DNA from: an uncultured virus (IMG/VR IMGVR_UViG_2850639881_000002)
Taxonomy: Duplodnaviria > Heunggongvirae > Uroviricota > Caudoviricetes
IMG/VR virus record: IMGVR_UViG_2850639881_000002
Reading direction: 5' to 3' (one strand)
Length of the DNA stretch: 64,000 nt
This document shows positions 50,413-60,700 of the stretch, one piece after another; position 1 is the first letter of the stretch; every line of letters starts with the position of its first letter. The notes below the pieces were generated by a model. That model saw nothing but the letters and a program-made list of their open reading frames with translations, ran no database searches and was not told the origin of the DNA. A program made the position numbers and the translations under genes.

Positions 50413-50568
50413 ATGAGAAGTTGACCTCACACCCGCCCGCTTATCGTCGATATCAGCAGCGGGTGGACCTGCGCGGCTCATGGCCTCTCCGGCTTGGCCC
50501 GGACCTATGAGCGCAAGCGGCCTCTCCTCCCCGGTGTTTTCCCCTTTTAACATCGGAGCGATCCTTCC

Positions 50569-51450
50569 ATGACGATCAATGCAAATAACTGGAATACGAC
50601 CCAGTTCGCCAACCGGGCGATGCACATCTACCAGCAGAAAGGCAACCGCCTGCGTCCGACCGTGACCCAGGCGATCCGGATCGAGAACAACGAAAAGGCC
50701 GTTTTCTGGCTTGCCGGCAAGACCAAGGCGAAGAAGAAGACCCGCCGCGAACGCAATATTCCGGGCAACGGCGAGCGCAAGAAATTCGAAGCCGCGCTCG
50801 AGACCTGGGTCGCCTTCGACACCGTCGAGGAATACGACGTCGACCGCATGAGCGTGGACGAGAAGGAAATCGTCTACGAGAGCGGCGCCAATGCCCTCGG
50901 CCGCGCCACCGACATCGAGCTTTACGCAAAGATGAACGCCGCGATCGCATCGGGCGCCGTCCCCGCCGAGCTCGATTTCTCCGCCGGCGCTTTCTCCGCC
51001 GCGAACGCCTTGATGCTCTGCAAGCACCTGCAGGACGACAAGGTGGCGTGGGACGGCAATGTCTATTGCGGCCTGCCTGCGTTGCAGTGGAACCAGCTGC
51101 TCGCCAACAAGATCGTCAATTCCGCCGACCATGTCGGTTCGGATCTGCCCTTCGTGAAGGCGACCGACACCCGTTTCTGGAACGGCGTCAATTGGTTCCT
51201 CTTCGTCGAAGAGGATGCCCAGGATCTCTATCCCGTGCCCTCTGCGAACAAGCAGGACTTGTTCATCTGGCACAAGACCGCACTCGGCTGGGGCAACAAC
51301 ACGGATCTCCGCGTCATCACTCAGTGGGACAACTACGAGGACTGCTGGACGGTCAACATGCAGGCGAAGGGCTGCGCCACCACCCTGCAGGAAGGCAAGG
51401 GCATCAAGCGCTTCCGCACCTCGTCGAACAGCGCGATCGCCGTCGTCTGA
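50569..51450 (+). CDS. major capsid protein (BPP-1/T7-like)
   Basis: YQQKGNRLR, ALGRATD and NSADHV; follows the scaffold. Confidence 0.85.
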   Translation: MTINANNWNTTQFANRAMHIYQQKGNRLRPTVTQAIRIENNEKAVFWLAGKTKAKKKTRRERNIPGNGERKKFEAALETWVAFDTVEEYDVDRMSVDEKEIVYESGANALGRATDIELYAKMNAAIASGAVPAELDFSAGAFSAANALMLCKHLQDDKVAWDGNVYCGLPALQWNQLLANKIVNSADHVGSDLPFVKATDTRFWNGVNWFLFVEEDAQDLYPVPSANKQDLFIWHKTALGWGNNTDLRVITQWDNYEDCWTVNMQAKGCATTLQEGKGIKRFRTSSNSAIAVV

Positions 51451-51514
51451 TCTTGAAGCCTGGTCGGGCGGTTCGCCGCCCTTCCACCTTTCCGCAAACC
51501 AGGAGATTTCTACC

Positions 51515-51793
51515 ATGGCCTTCGACATCAAGGGCTTTCGCACCGCCGACTACATGAGCAATCCGTCCGGCGCCGCCGGCGCCAATCTCGGCGTCCACAG
51601 GTACGTCACCAATGACGACCGGGCTGCGGTCGAAACCGCCGGCTACTTCAACGCGCTCACCTCGCGCGTGAAAGTCGGCGATCACATCGACATGACGCTC
51701 GACCTCGACGGCACTCCGATGCGCCGCAACTACATCGTCTCGAGCAACACCGGCGGCGTCGTCGCGATCGCTGCGCAGAACGTCGCCGCCTGA
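51515..51793 (+). CDS. capsid decoration/cement-like protein
   Basis: AGGAG RBS; YVTNDD..VETAGYFN..KVGDHI. Confidence 0.65.
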   Translation: MAFDIKGFRTADYMSNPSGAAGANLGVHRYVTNDDRAAVETAGYFNALTSRVKVGDHIDMTLDLDGTPMRRNYIVSSNTGGVVAIAAQNVAA

Positions 51794-51809
51794 CGTTTCG
51801 CGCTTGCGT

Positions 51810-51850
51810 GCCCCTGCCGGATCACGCCCCGGCAGGGGCTTTCCCTTTTC
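51810..51850 (+). terminator. hairpin terminator after the head genes
   Basis: GCCCCTGCCGG..CCGGCAGGGGC followed by a T-rich run. Confidence 0.6.
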
Positions 51851-51863
51851 AGGAGCGATTTTC

Positions 51864-52493
51864 ATGGCCTTGCTGACCGCGATCGACATCGTGAACGCCG
51901 CGTTCAACCGCATCGGCGAGACGCCGATCGAGAGTTTCGACGACGACGGCGAAAGCGAGCAGGACGCATCCCTGATCTATGAGGACGTCGTCGACTTCAA
52001 TCTCGGCCTTCAGCCTTCCGGCTTTTCCTTCGCGCGCGAGGTGCGGCAGCTGTCGAAGCTCTCCGGCGCCACTCCGCTGACAGGCTACACGAACGTCTTC
52101 GACATTCCCGGCCCCTATACCGGGCTGCCGATTTTTCTCAGCGACGACATCACCGATCCCGATCGGCGGTTCACGGCTTTCATCTTGACGGGCGGCCAGG
52201 TGCATTCCGACGCCGATCCGCTTTTCGCCATGGTCAAATTTCGGCCGGATCCTCACCGCTGGACCGCCACCTTCCGCTCCGCCACGATCGCGGCGATCGC
52301 CTCGCGCCTGGCGTTCTCGGTTGCATCGGACCGCGTGACCTCTGAAGCGCTCCGCACGGAGGCTTACGGCACTCCCTCCGAAAACTTCCGCGGCGGCATG
52401 ATGCGCACTGCGCTGGCCGAGGATGGCTTTTCCAATCCGCCGCGCAAGCCCGACGTCGACAGTAACCCACTCACCCGAGCCTGGAGAAGCTGA
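51864..52493 (+). CDS. tail tubular protein A / adaptor
   Basis: IDIVNAAFNRIGETPIESFDD. Confidence 0.8.
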   Translation: MALLTAIDIVNAAFNRIGETPIESFDDDGESEQDASLIYEDVVDFNLGLQPSGFSFAREVRQLSKLSGATPLTGYTNVFDIPGPYTGLPIFLSDDITDPDRRFTAFILTGGQVHSDADPLFAMVKFRPDPHRWTATFRSATIAAIASRLAFSVASDRVTSEALRTEAYGTPSENFRGGMMRTALAEDGFSNPPRKPDVDSNPLTRAWRS

Positions 52494-54523
52494 TGGTCGC
52501 GCGTCCTGGTCGGCCACAAGCCGCTTTCACCGCCGGCGAGCTCGATCCGCTGCTGCACGATCGCACGACGCTAAAGTATTTCTCGACCGGCCTGCGCCGC
52601 GCCGAGAACGTCGTCATGCTCGCCCAGGGCGGCTTTCGCCTTCGAGACTACACCCGCCACGTCGGTGCCCTCCTATCGAACGCGCAGCGCATATTTCCCT
52701 TCGCCGCCTCGAACGGTTCCGCCTTCGACCTGGTCATGGCTGGCGACAATTGCCAGGTGTGGGGAGCGACGGCAAATCTTGCCTCGTTCACGATCAGCGG
52801 CGTCGGATCGCTGCTTGGCGAAGTCACCGACGCACAGCAGTTCGATACCATGCTGCTGTTTCATGAGGATCTCCGATCGAAGCGGATCCGCCTCACGAAC
52901 ACGGGGTGGGTGGTCGATGATCTGCCCTATGAAGAAATCCCCAACTATGACTATGGCGGCGTCTACACCAACGGCGTGCCAGCAAAATGGCGCCTTGAGT
53001 TCGTCGGCCTGGCCGCCACGACTACGACCTTCGTGCTCACTGTTTCCGGCCAGGAAACGCAGTCAATCGCCTACGACAGCACAATGGCGACACTGGCCGC
53101 TACGATCAAAACAGCGGTTGAAGATCTGCCGAATGTCAGCGCCGGCATAACCGTGGCGGCAGGATCCGGATCGACAATCACGATCGAATTCACGGGCGCC
53201 GGCAACGAGGGCGACGGCTGGGCGGTTTCCGGCCGCGTCATCAACAAGGCCGATGCAGCCGTGCTGGCAGTCAAGCAGGTCGCAGGCGTCATTCCCGGCG
53301 AACCGGTGATCTCGACGACGAAGGGTTGGCCCCAGTGCGGCGCCTTCTACGGCCAGGCGCTTTTTGTCGGTGGGCTCAAGTCGCTCCCGAATGCCTGGAT
53401 GCGATCGAAGGTCGGCGACTATTTCAACTTCGACCAGCGCTTCACCGAGGCGAACGGGCCCTTCCTCGTGCCTATGGACATCGCCGGCGGCGAGAAGATC
53501 GAGCGGATTGTTCCTTCGCTCAATCTGCTGATCTTCACCACTCAGGCGGAATACTGGATCGCCGAGCGAGCGATCTCCAAAACTCAAGCGCCGAACCATG
53601 TCCAGGCGTCTCGCCACGGCTGCAAACGCGGCGTTCCGATCGTCGAGAACGAGGGCGCCGCGATCTGGTGCCACGCCAACGGCGCGACGATCGGCGAGCT
53701 CAGATATACCGACGTCGAGGGCAATTTCGTCGGCACGGATATTTCGCTGCTCGCCTCTCATCTCCTCACGGACGTCCGCGACATGGCGGTACGGCGCGCG
53801 ACCGAGACAATGGACGGCAACGTGCACGCGATCGTCCTCGGTGATGGCAATGCGCGCCTGGTGACGATGTTGCGAGAACAGGAAGTCACCGCCTACACCC
53901 GGCTGACGACGGACGGTCTCGCGAAGGCCGTCGCTCGCAATGCCAGAAACGATCTTTCATGGATCATGGAACGGGGTGGGCAGCGCTTCCTCGAGCGCAT
54001 GGAGGCGGGCCTCCTGCTCGACGAGGCGCAGGATTTCAGCTTCGGCCCTGCATCCGATACAATTACCGGGCTTTCTCGGTTCAATGGTCGCCAAGTTTGG
54101 GTCATCGGCGACAGCGACGTCTTCGGGCCTTATACCGTCGCCGACGCCTCCCTCAAGCTTCCGATCGCCGTCTCGGCCGCCACCGTGGGGACTTGGAAAC
54201 CGCCGATCATCGAGACGCTTCCGCCGCCGCGCGACGTCGGCCCGAACGTCGTCTTGAAGCGCAAGGCCAGGATCCACACCGTTCACATTTCGCTCGTCGA
54301 TACGACCAGCGTCGCGATCTCGACGAACGGCAAGGCCGTGCGCAATGTCGAGTTGGCCCGGTATGGTGCCTTTGCCGACGTGCCCGAGCTCGAGCAGGGC
54401 TTCACCGGCACGATCAAAATTTCCGGATTGAGAGGCTATGCCGACGATCCCTTCGTGACGATCAGCCAGGTGCGCCCGGGTAGACTGAACGTCAGGGCGA
54501 TTACCGTCGAGACTGCACTATAG
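52493..54523 (+). CDS. tail tubular protein B / nozzle
   Basis: FTAGELDP..R, QGG..R, SKVGDYFNF. Confidence 0.85.
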   Translation: MVARPGRPQAAFTAGELDPLLHDRTTLKYFSTGLRRAENVVMLAQGGFRLRDYTRHVGALLSNAQRIFPFAASNGSAFDLVMAGDNCQVWGATANLASFTISGVGSLLGEVTDAQQFDTMLLFHEDLRSKRIRLTNTGWVVDDLPYEEIPNYDYGGVYTNGVPAKWRLEFVGLAATTTTFVLTVSGQETQSIAYDSTMATLAATIKTAVEDLPNVSAGITVAAGSGSTITIEFTGAGNEGDGWAVSGRVINKADAAVLAVKQVAGVIPGEPVISTTKGWPQCGAFYGQALFVGGLKSLPNAWMRSKVGDYFNFDQRFTEANGPFLVPMDIAGGEKIERIVPSLNLLIFTTQAEYWIAERAISKTQAPNHVQASRHGCKRGVPIVENEGAAIWCHANGATIGELRYTDVEGNFVGTDISLLASHLLTDVRDMAVRRATETMDGNVHAIVLGDGNARLVTMLREQEVTAYTRLTTDGLAKAVARNARNDLSWIMERGGQRFLERMEAGLLLDEAQDFSFGPASDTITGLSRFNGRQVWVIGDSDVFGPYTVADASLKLPIAVSAATVGTWKPPIIETLPPPRDVGPNVVLKRKARIHTVHISLVDTTSVAISTNGKAVRNVELARYGAFADVPELEQGFTGTIKISGLRGYADDPFVTISQVRPGRLNVRAITVETAL

Positions 54524-54532
54524 GAGGCATGC

Positions 54533-55102
54533 ATGGAGCTTGCGGTCGCGGCTTTGGGGAAGGTTTTCACGGGGCTCGGGCTCGCCGGCGCCAGCGCTGG
54601 CGGAACGGCTGCTGCGACTGGCGCGACAGCGGCCGCCGGCGGTGCTGCTGCAGGATCCGGAGCGCTTAGCGCGCTGCAGGGCATTGCGACAACGCTCAAG
54701 GTGCTCGGCGGCATCGGTGCCGGCGTTGCAGCCCGCAACGAGGCCGAGGACGCGGCGGTCCAGACGGAGCTGCAATCCGGCCAGGAGCAGTTGCAATCCA
54801 CCCAGCGGCAGACGTCGATGAAGCGTGAGCTCGCCCGTGTGCTCGGCCAGAACGACGTGATCTATGCCGCAGCCGGCATCGACCTATCCGGCGGCATCGC
54901 GCAGCAAACGGCGGCCGAACAGAAGGCGCGCGCCACAGACGAGATCTCGATCGAGCAGCAGGACAGCGAGTTCCGTCGCGCTCTCTATCGTCTTCGTGCC
55001 AGGGGCCAGCGCTCCGCCGGCCGATCGGCAATGCGGGGCGCCCTGATCGGCGCGATCGGCGACGTTGCGCAGTATGGCATGGATGTGGGGAACCGCGGCT
55101 GA
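54533..55102 (+). CDS. small internal virion (ejection) protein
   Basis: A/G-rich; YAAAGIDLSG. Confidence 0.7.
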   Translation: MELAVAALGKVFTGLGLAGASAGGTAAATGATAAAGGAAAGSGALSALQGIATTLKVLGGIGAGVAARNEAEDAAVQTELQSGQEQLQSTQRQTSMKRELARVLGQNDVIYAAAGIDLSGGIAQQTAAEQKARATDEISIEQQDSEFRRALYRLRARGQRSAGRSAMRGALIGAIGDVAQYGMDVGNRG

Positions 55103-57693
55103 TGGCAAACAAGCAAGTTCGCAATCCGGGTCAGATCGCCCGCTTTGAGGAGACAGGCCGGATTTCCGCCGACGTTCCAGCTTTTGCGGTGGATACCGGA
55201 TCCGCCGCTCGAGCGCTGGCGAGCGTCGCCGGCGGCCTCTCGGAAAATCTCGCCAGGCTCGCCGATCGGGCGGCCGCCCGTGAGGGTGAGCTCGCCGGCC
55301 TCTCCGCCGGCGCACAATCCGGCGCCGCCTATCTGCAGGCCCGCGCGACCGACGAAGCGGCCGCAGCTTCGAACAGGGGCCCTGGCGTCATGGTTCGGGC
55401 GCCGGGCGAATTGCGCAAGATCGTGTCCGACGCCGCTACCCGCCACGGCGTTGATCCGGGCGCGCTGCTCAAGATCGCGATGATCGAGAGTTCCTTCAAT
55501 CCGAAGGCGAAGAACCCGAGCTCGAGCGCCGGCGGGCTGTTTCAGTTCGTCGATGAAACGGCGCGACAGTATGGCCTGGCCGATCGCTTTGATCCGGCCC
55601 AGGCCGCCGACGCGGCCGCCCGCCTGGCGAAGGACAACGCGGCGCATCTGAAAAAGGTGCTCGGCCGCGCGCCGACTGCCGGCGAACTCTACCTTGCCCA
55701 CCAGCAGGGCGCCGGCGGCGCCGCAAAGCTATTGAAGAACCCGAACGCCCGCGCCGTCGACCTCGTCGGCGCCAAGGCCGTTCGTCTGAATGGTGGTTCG
55801 GCCGACATGACCGCCGGCGCCTTTGCCAATCTCTGGATGAGCAAGGCAGGCGGCGGCGCGGCTGTCACCGATCCAACGACGACCGCCTCCGTCGCCAGCA
55901 CGCCCCTGTCGCGCGAGCCGCTTGCACTTCGCCGCGATGGCACTATCCGCGGCGAGGCCTTCGACGATGCGGCCGCCTCCGCTTATGCCTGGCGCATGCA
56001 GGAAGGCCTTTCACGCGACCTTTTCGCGGCCCAGGCTGAATTCGAGGATGACCCGGCCGGCTTCGTCGCGGCCGCCGACAAGATCCGCAGCAATTACCTG
56101 CAGGACGAGGCTCTCGCGGATCCGCGCATGCGGGAGGGTTTCGATAAGTATTTCGCCCAGCGGTCGGAAGCGTACAGGGAAAACATCGTTGCCCGGCACG
56201 AGCGCCGCTTGCGCGACGAGCAGGAAGCGTCTTTCGCCAGCGGCTACTCTGCGCAGCTCGTCGACCTCGAGCGCCAGGCGCAGGTGCTCGGCGCCAACCC
56301 GAAGGGCGACCAGCTGATCGGCGACCAGGTCAGAACTTTCCAGGCGTCGATCGACGGCGCCGTTGCTTCCGGCACACTGTCGCCGGCGCAGGCGGAAAAG
56401 TACAAACTCGAGGTCGCGGAGACGGCCGCTCGAGGCCGGATCCAAGGCGTCTATGATGCTCTGCCGACGCCGGAGCGGAAGCGCGAGTTTGCGCTTTCCG
56501 TGCTCGACGACTGGCGCGAAGGCGAAGGGCCGCTCGCTGCCCTGCCTTACGACACCGTTCGCGGCATCACCGACAGCCTGCGGCGCGATGCTCAAAGTCA
56601 AGTCGAGGCGGCCCGGGCGGCCAACAAGGTCGAGGCGGCCCGCCTTACCAGCATGATCGACGACGACGTCGAGAGCATCACCTCGAGCGGCAAGGGGCTG
56701 CCAGGCGGCGCCGACGGTCTCGACCCTGCCAAGGTCGGCCAGGTGCTCGGCGCGGAGAAGCTCGCCGATTGGCAACTGAAGCGTGAACGCGCCGGCCGGA
56801 TCTATGACGCGACCTCCGGCATGGAAACGCAAACAGCCGAGGATATCGCCGAGCGCCTGGCGCTCCTGACGCCGAAAGCCGGCAGCATAGGTTTTTCCGA
56901 GCAAGCCGACGCGTTCGAGGCGGCACAGAAGAAGGCTTCCGCGGTCCTGAAGGCGCGCGCTGACGATCCGGCGGCCGCCGTTGAGAAGGCCTTTCCCGAT
57001 GTCAAGCAGCTGGCGGCCGACGCAAACCCGCAGGATCCGGCTTCCATGCGAGCCCTCGTTTCCGCTCGCCTCCAGGCGCAGGACGCGATCGGCGTTGCCG
57101 AGCTCGCGCGCGAGCCGTTGACCCAGGCGGAGGCCAAAAATCTGGCGCGATCGGTCAGCCTGCAGCAGGATCCGAAGCTGCAGTCCGACGCGATCTTGCA
57201 GCTGGTCGACCAGGTGAGCACGGCTTATGGACCTCATGCCGAGCGCGTTCTGACGCAGGTTCTCAGTGTGCAGGGCATCGACAAGGAAATGGCCCGCAAT
57301 GCGGCCGCCCAGTTCCGGCGGCTGTCAAAGGGTGGCGCCGTGACGACGAGCGATCGCCGCCAGGCGAAGGTGCTCGACGAGACGGCCGTCGCCGAGAGTT
57401 CGGCGCGGCCTTCGATGATCGGTGCGATCGAGGCCGGCGCGACGGCCGCACGCGCCGCGTCTGCAGGCAACAACCGAGTGGGCCCGGTCACCGGGCCGAC
57501 CGGGCGCGCGGACAATCCGATGGAAGTGGTGCCCAGCCCGGCGCGCCAGTCGACCGATATGAGCTTCCCGGCGCGGCCGACGCTCGCGAGCATCCAGCAT
57601 CTCAAGGAAAATCCGCAGCTCGCGCCCCAGTTCGACGCGCTCTTCGGCGAAGGTGCGGCCCGTCTCTACCTGCCGCCGGCAACAGGCCAGTAA
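55102..57693 (+). CDS. internal virion protein with SLT lytic transglycosylase domain
   Basis: IESSFNPKAKN..SAGGLFQF..YLAHQQG. Confidence 0.85.
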   Translation: MANKQVRNPGQIARFEETGRISADVPAFAVDTGSAARALASVAGGLSENLARLADRAAAREGELAGLSAGAQSGAAYLQARATDEAAAASNRGPGVMVRAPGELRKIVSDAATRHGVDPGALLKIAMIESSFNPKAKNPSSSAGGLFQFVDETARQYGLADRFDPAQAADAAARLAKDNAAHLKKVLGRAPTAGELYLAHQQGAGGAAKLLKNPNARAVDLVGAKAVRLNGGSADMTAGAFANLWMSKAGGGAAVTDPTTTASVASTPLSREPLALRRDGTIRGEAFDDAAASAYAWRMQEGLSRDLFAAQAEFEDDPAGFVAAADKIRSNYLQDEALADPRMREGFDKYFAQRSEAYRENIVARHERRLRDEQEASFASGYSAQLVDLERQAQVLGANPKGDQLIGDQVRTFQASIDGAVASGTLSPAQAEKYKLEVAETAARGRIQGVYDALPTPERKREFALSVLDDWREGEGPLAALPYDTVRGITDSLRRDAQSQVEAARAANKVEAARLTSMIDDDVESITSSGKGLPGGADGLDPAKVGQVLGAEKLADWQLKRERAGRIYDATSGMETQTAEDIAERLALLTPKAGSIGFSEQADAFEAAQKKASAVLKARADDPAAAVEKAFPDVKQLAADANPQDPASMRALVSARLQAQDAIGVAELAREPLTQAEAKNLARSVSLQQDPKLQSDAILQLVDQVSTAYGPHAERVLTQVLSVQGIDKEMARNAAAQFRRLSKGGAVTTSDRRQAKVLDETAVAESSARPSMIGAIEAGATAARAASAGNNRVGPVTGPTGRADNPMEVVPSPARQSTDMSFPARPTLASIQHLKENPQLAPQFDALFGEGAARLYLPPATGQ

Positions 57694-57750
57694 CGGTTGA
57701 CCTGATTTCCGGAGCCATATCCTGCGAGCCTCCACCACTGCGAGGCTCAA

Positions 57751-60700
57751 ATGGCAGACGAGGAAATCGGCGGCATCAATCCCTTCACCGCGTTTCAGCA
57801 GCAGCAGGACGCCACGGTCGAGAACCTCGATCCGGGGCTCCTCGATCGCTTCTGGACAAACTTCGAAGCTGGCCAACGACACAACACCGTCCTCGGCGCC
57901 ACCTACGACGCATCGACGCCCAGCCGCCAGGAAGAACGCAAGCGCTTCGACCGCTCCTATGAGACCTATCCGGAGTGGGACGGCCTCCTCGAGGGCGGCG
58001 CCGCGCTCTCCGGCCAGATCGCCGGCACGGCGGCAAGTCCGGAAAACTTCATTCCGATCGGCGTGGGTGAAAAGATCGTTGTCGGAGCAAAGTCGGCCGT
58101 CACTGGCATTTGGGCCCGGATTTTCTCCGGCGCCGTCGACGCCGCGGCCGCCAATGCCGTTTCTGACGCGGCCATTCAGGGGATCGAAATCCAGTCGGAT
58201 TTCCGCGAGCAGTTTGACCCGGTCCAGTATGGCGCGGGCATCCTCCTCGGCGCGGGCATCGGCGGCGCCGCCGGCGGCGCTGGCAAGGTGATCGGTGATC
58301 GCACCGGTCGCGCTGCGACCATCGACGAGGCAGCTCCGAGCCAGGCGGCTGAGGCTCCGGCCGACAATCCCTTCTTGCCTCTTCAGCAGGCGCAACCCGC
58401 CAGCGGTTCTCCTGAACCCATAGCGCGGCCGGCCGCCGCCGAACCTGCGCCGGCGCCGGTCTCGCGTCCTGCCGCAATCGAGCCAGCGCAGTCCGCCGCG
58501 CCCGCCGATACGATCGGCGAGACGCTTTCGGCCAAAGCGTCAGAGGCTCGAGGACTTGCAGTGCCTGCCGACCAGGTCGATCGCGTTGCAAAGAGTGCCG
58601 TGGACGTCGGCAAGGCGCCGAGGCGGCCGCAGTCCCTGACTGACTTCCTCGCTGCAGAGGGCGGATTGCGGGACGACGGCGGCGAGCTCGCCGCGATGGG
58701 CGTTTCGCGGAAGTTCGTTCCCGGGCGCGGTGCACTCGTGCGCGCCGGCGGCCAAGAGCTCGACAAGGCGAGAGAGGCTGCGGCGCAGGCCGGCTACTTC
58801 AACCACCTTTACGGATCCGCGGACGAGGCGACGGCGAAAAGCACGGTGCGCGACCTGCTCGACCTGGTCGACCAGGAGAACCGCGGCAAGCCGGCATTCA
58901 GCATGGCGGAGGCCGATCGCGTGGCCGCCGTGCAGGACTATGAAAACGCACTGACGGCGCGTGACGACTATCGATCCTTTGTCGACCGGATCGCCACGAC
59001 CCTCAATGAGATGGACGCCGGCGTAACCCTTGATGATGCTGTCCTTGCCCGTGCAACCGACATCATGATAAACGAGAAGTTAGACCCGCTCGACGCATTC
59101 GATCGGGCAATTCTCGAAGAAGAGGCACGCCTCGAGGCGGCAATAGCGGAACGTGGTGGCAGCGATGGCAGCAGCAAATCAGACGCAATCCCCTTCTTCG
59201 ACGACGAGCCAGCCGGCGGATCTGCTCAAGCGGGCGGCCGCTTGGGAGGAGCGCAGCAAGGCGGCGGATCCGGAAGACGCCGCGCACATGCAGCGGACGG
59301 CGAACAATCTCCGGCTGCTGGCGGCTCTGCGCGAGCAGAAGACGGCGTAGTTTCCGGCGAGCGGGCGCTGATCGAGACCGCCCGGCAAGAAAAGCAAGCA
59401 GGCGATTTCCTGATGGCGCAGCCGCTCACCGGCTTGCGCGCACAACGCACGCGATCGGGCGCGATCGCCAAAGGCGCCGTTGAGCGCATTGCCAGGGTGA
59501 GCGAGACTGCCGAGGCTCTTGCCAAGGCGCTCGACGTCGCGGCCACTCGACAGGGCCGGATCTCCGGCGGCAAGCGGGTGCGCGGTACCTTTGACACGCG
59601 CGACAGTGTGGTGCGCGTGCGATCGCTCGACGATTTCGACGTGCTGACCCATGAATACGGCCATCACCTGGACGCGAAGATCCCGGCGGTGAAGGCCTTC
59701 ATTAGCAAGCATTCTGCCGAGCTCTCGAAACTCGACTATGATCCTGTCGCCGGCCGCGACTATGAAGGCTTTGCCGAGTTCTTCCGGCTCTACCTCACCA
59801 ATCGCGCCTATGTCGACGCGAACTACGCGCCGATCGCCGCCGAGTTTCGCCAGGTGCTCGACCAGGTGCCGGAGATGCGCGACGCGATCGACGCGGCCAC
59901 TCAAGCGTGGGACGCCTTCCTTTCGGCCCCTTCGTCCGTGGCGGTGCGATCGACCATCGTTTCCGCGAAAAAGGAAGGATGGGTAGCCTCCGCCGCAAAG
60001 GAGCTCAAGAAATCGGGGCTCGGCGGCACGATCGCCGACGTCCTGCAGCGGATCTACACTTTCGCCTTCGATGACCTCAATCCGATCAACCGGGCCGTCT
60101 CCTATCTGCAGGATCTCCATCTCGAGAACAAAGGAAAGCCGCTCGATCTGAAGGTCACGGCGGATCCGTACAAGCTTGCCCGCATGTCCCGGGGTGCCTA
60201 TGCGGCCGGGCACATGGATGTGATGTACGGCGTCGCGCCCTACCGCGGCATTCATCCGGCAAGCCCGTCGCTGCGCGATGCGATCATCGAGGCGACCGGC
60301 AAGCCCAACGCAATGTCCGGCTGGGATGAGGAGAAGGTCGCGGAGTTCGGCTCCTATCTCTGGTCCAGGCGCGCGATCGGCGAGTGGGAGCGATATCGCA
60401 AGGGCGAAATTCCGAACCCTCCAGACAAGCTCACCGAGGCGGATCACGTCCAGAACGTTGCCGACCTCGAGGCGGCAAACCCTGCTTTCGTCTCGGCCGC
60501 GGCGAAGGTGCACGAGTTCTCTCGAGCGCTTTGGCGGAAGAAGCTCGAGGCAGGCCTGATCGACCAGACGACCCACGACGAGGGCCTGTTGATGCGCGAC
60601 TATGTGCCGGGCCTGCGCGATTTCTCGTCAGATACCGACACGAAGGTGCCGGCGGGACGGTCGAAGGGGAAGACGGCAAAGGGCGGTTTCGCTCGCCGTT

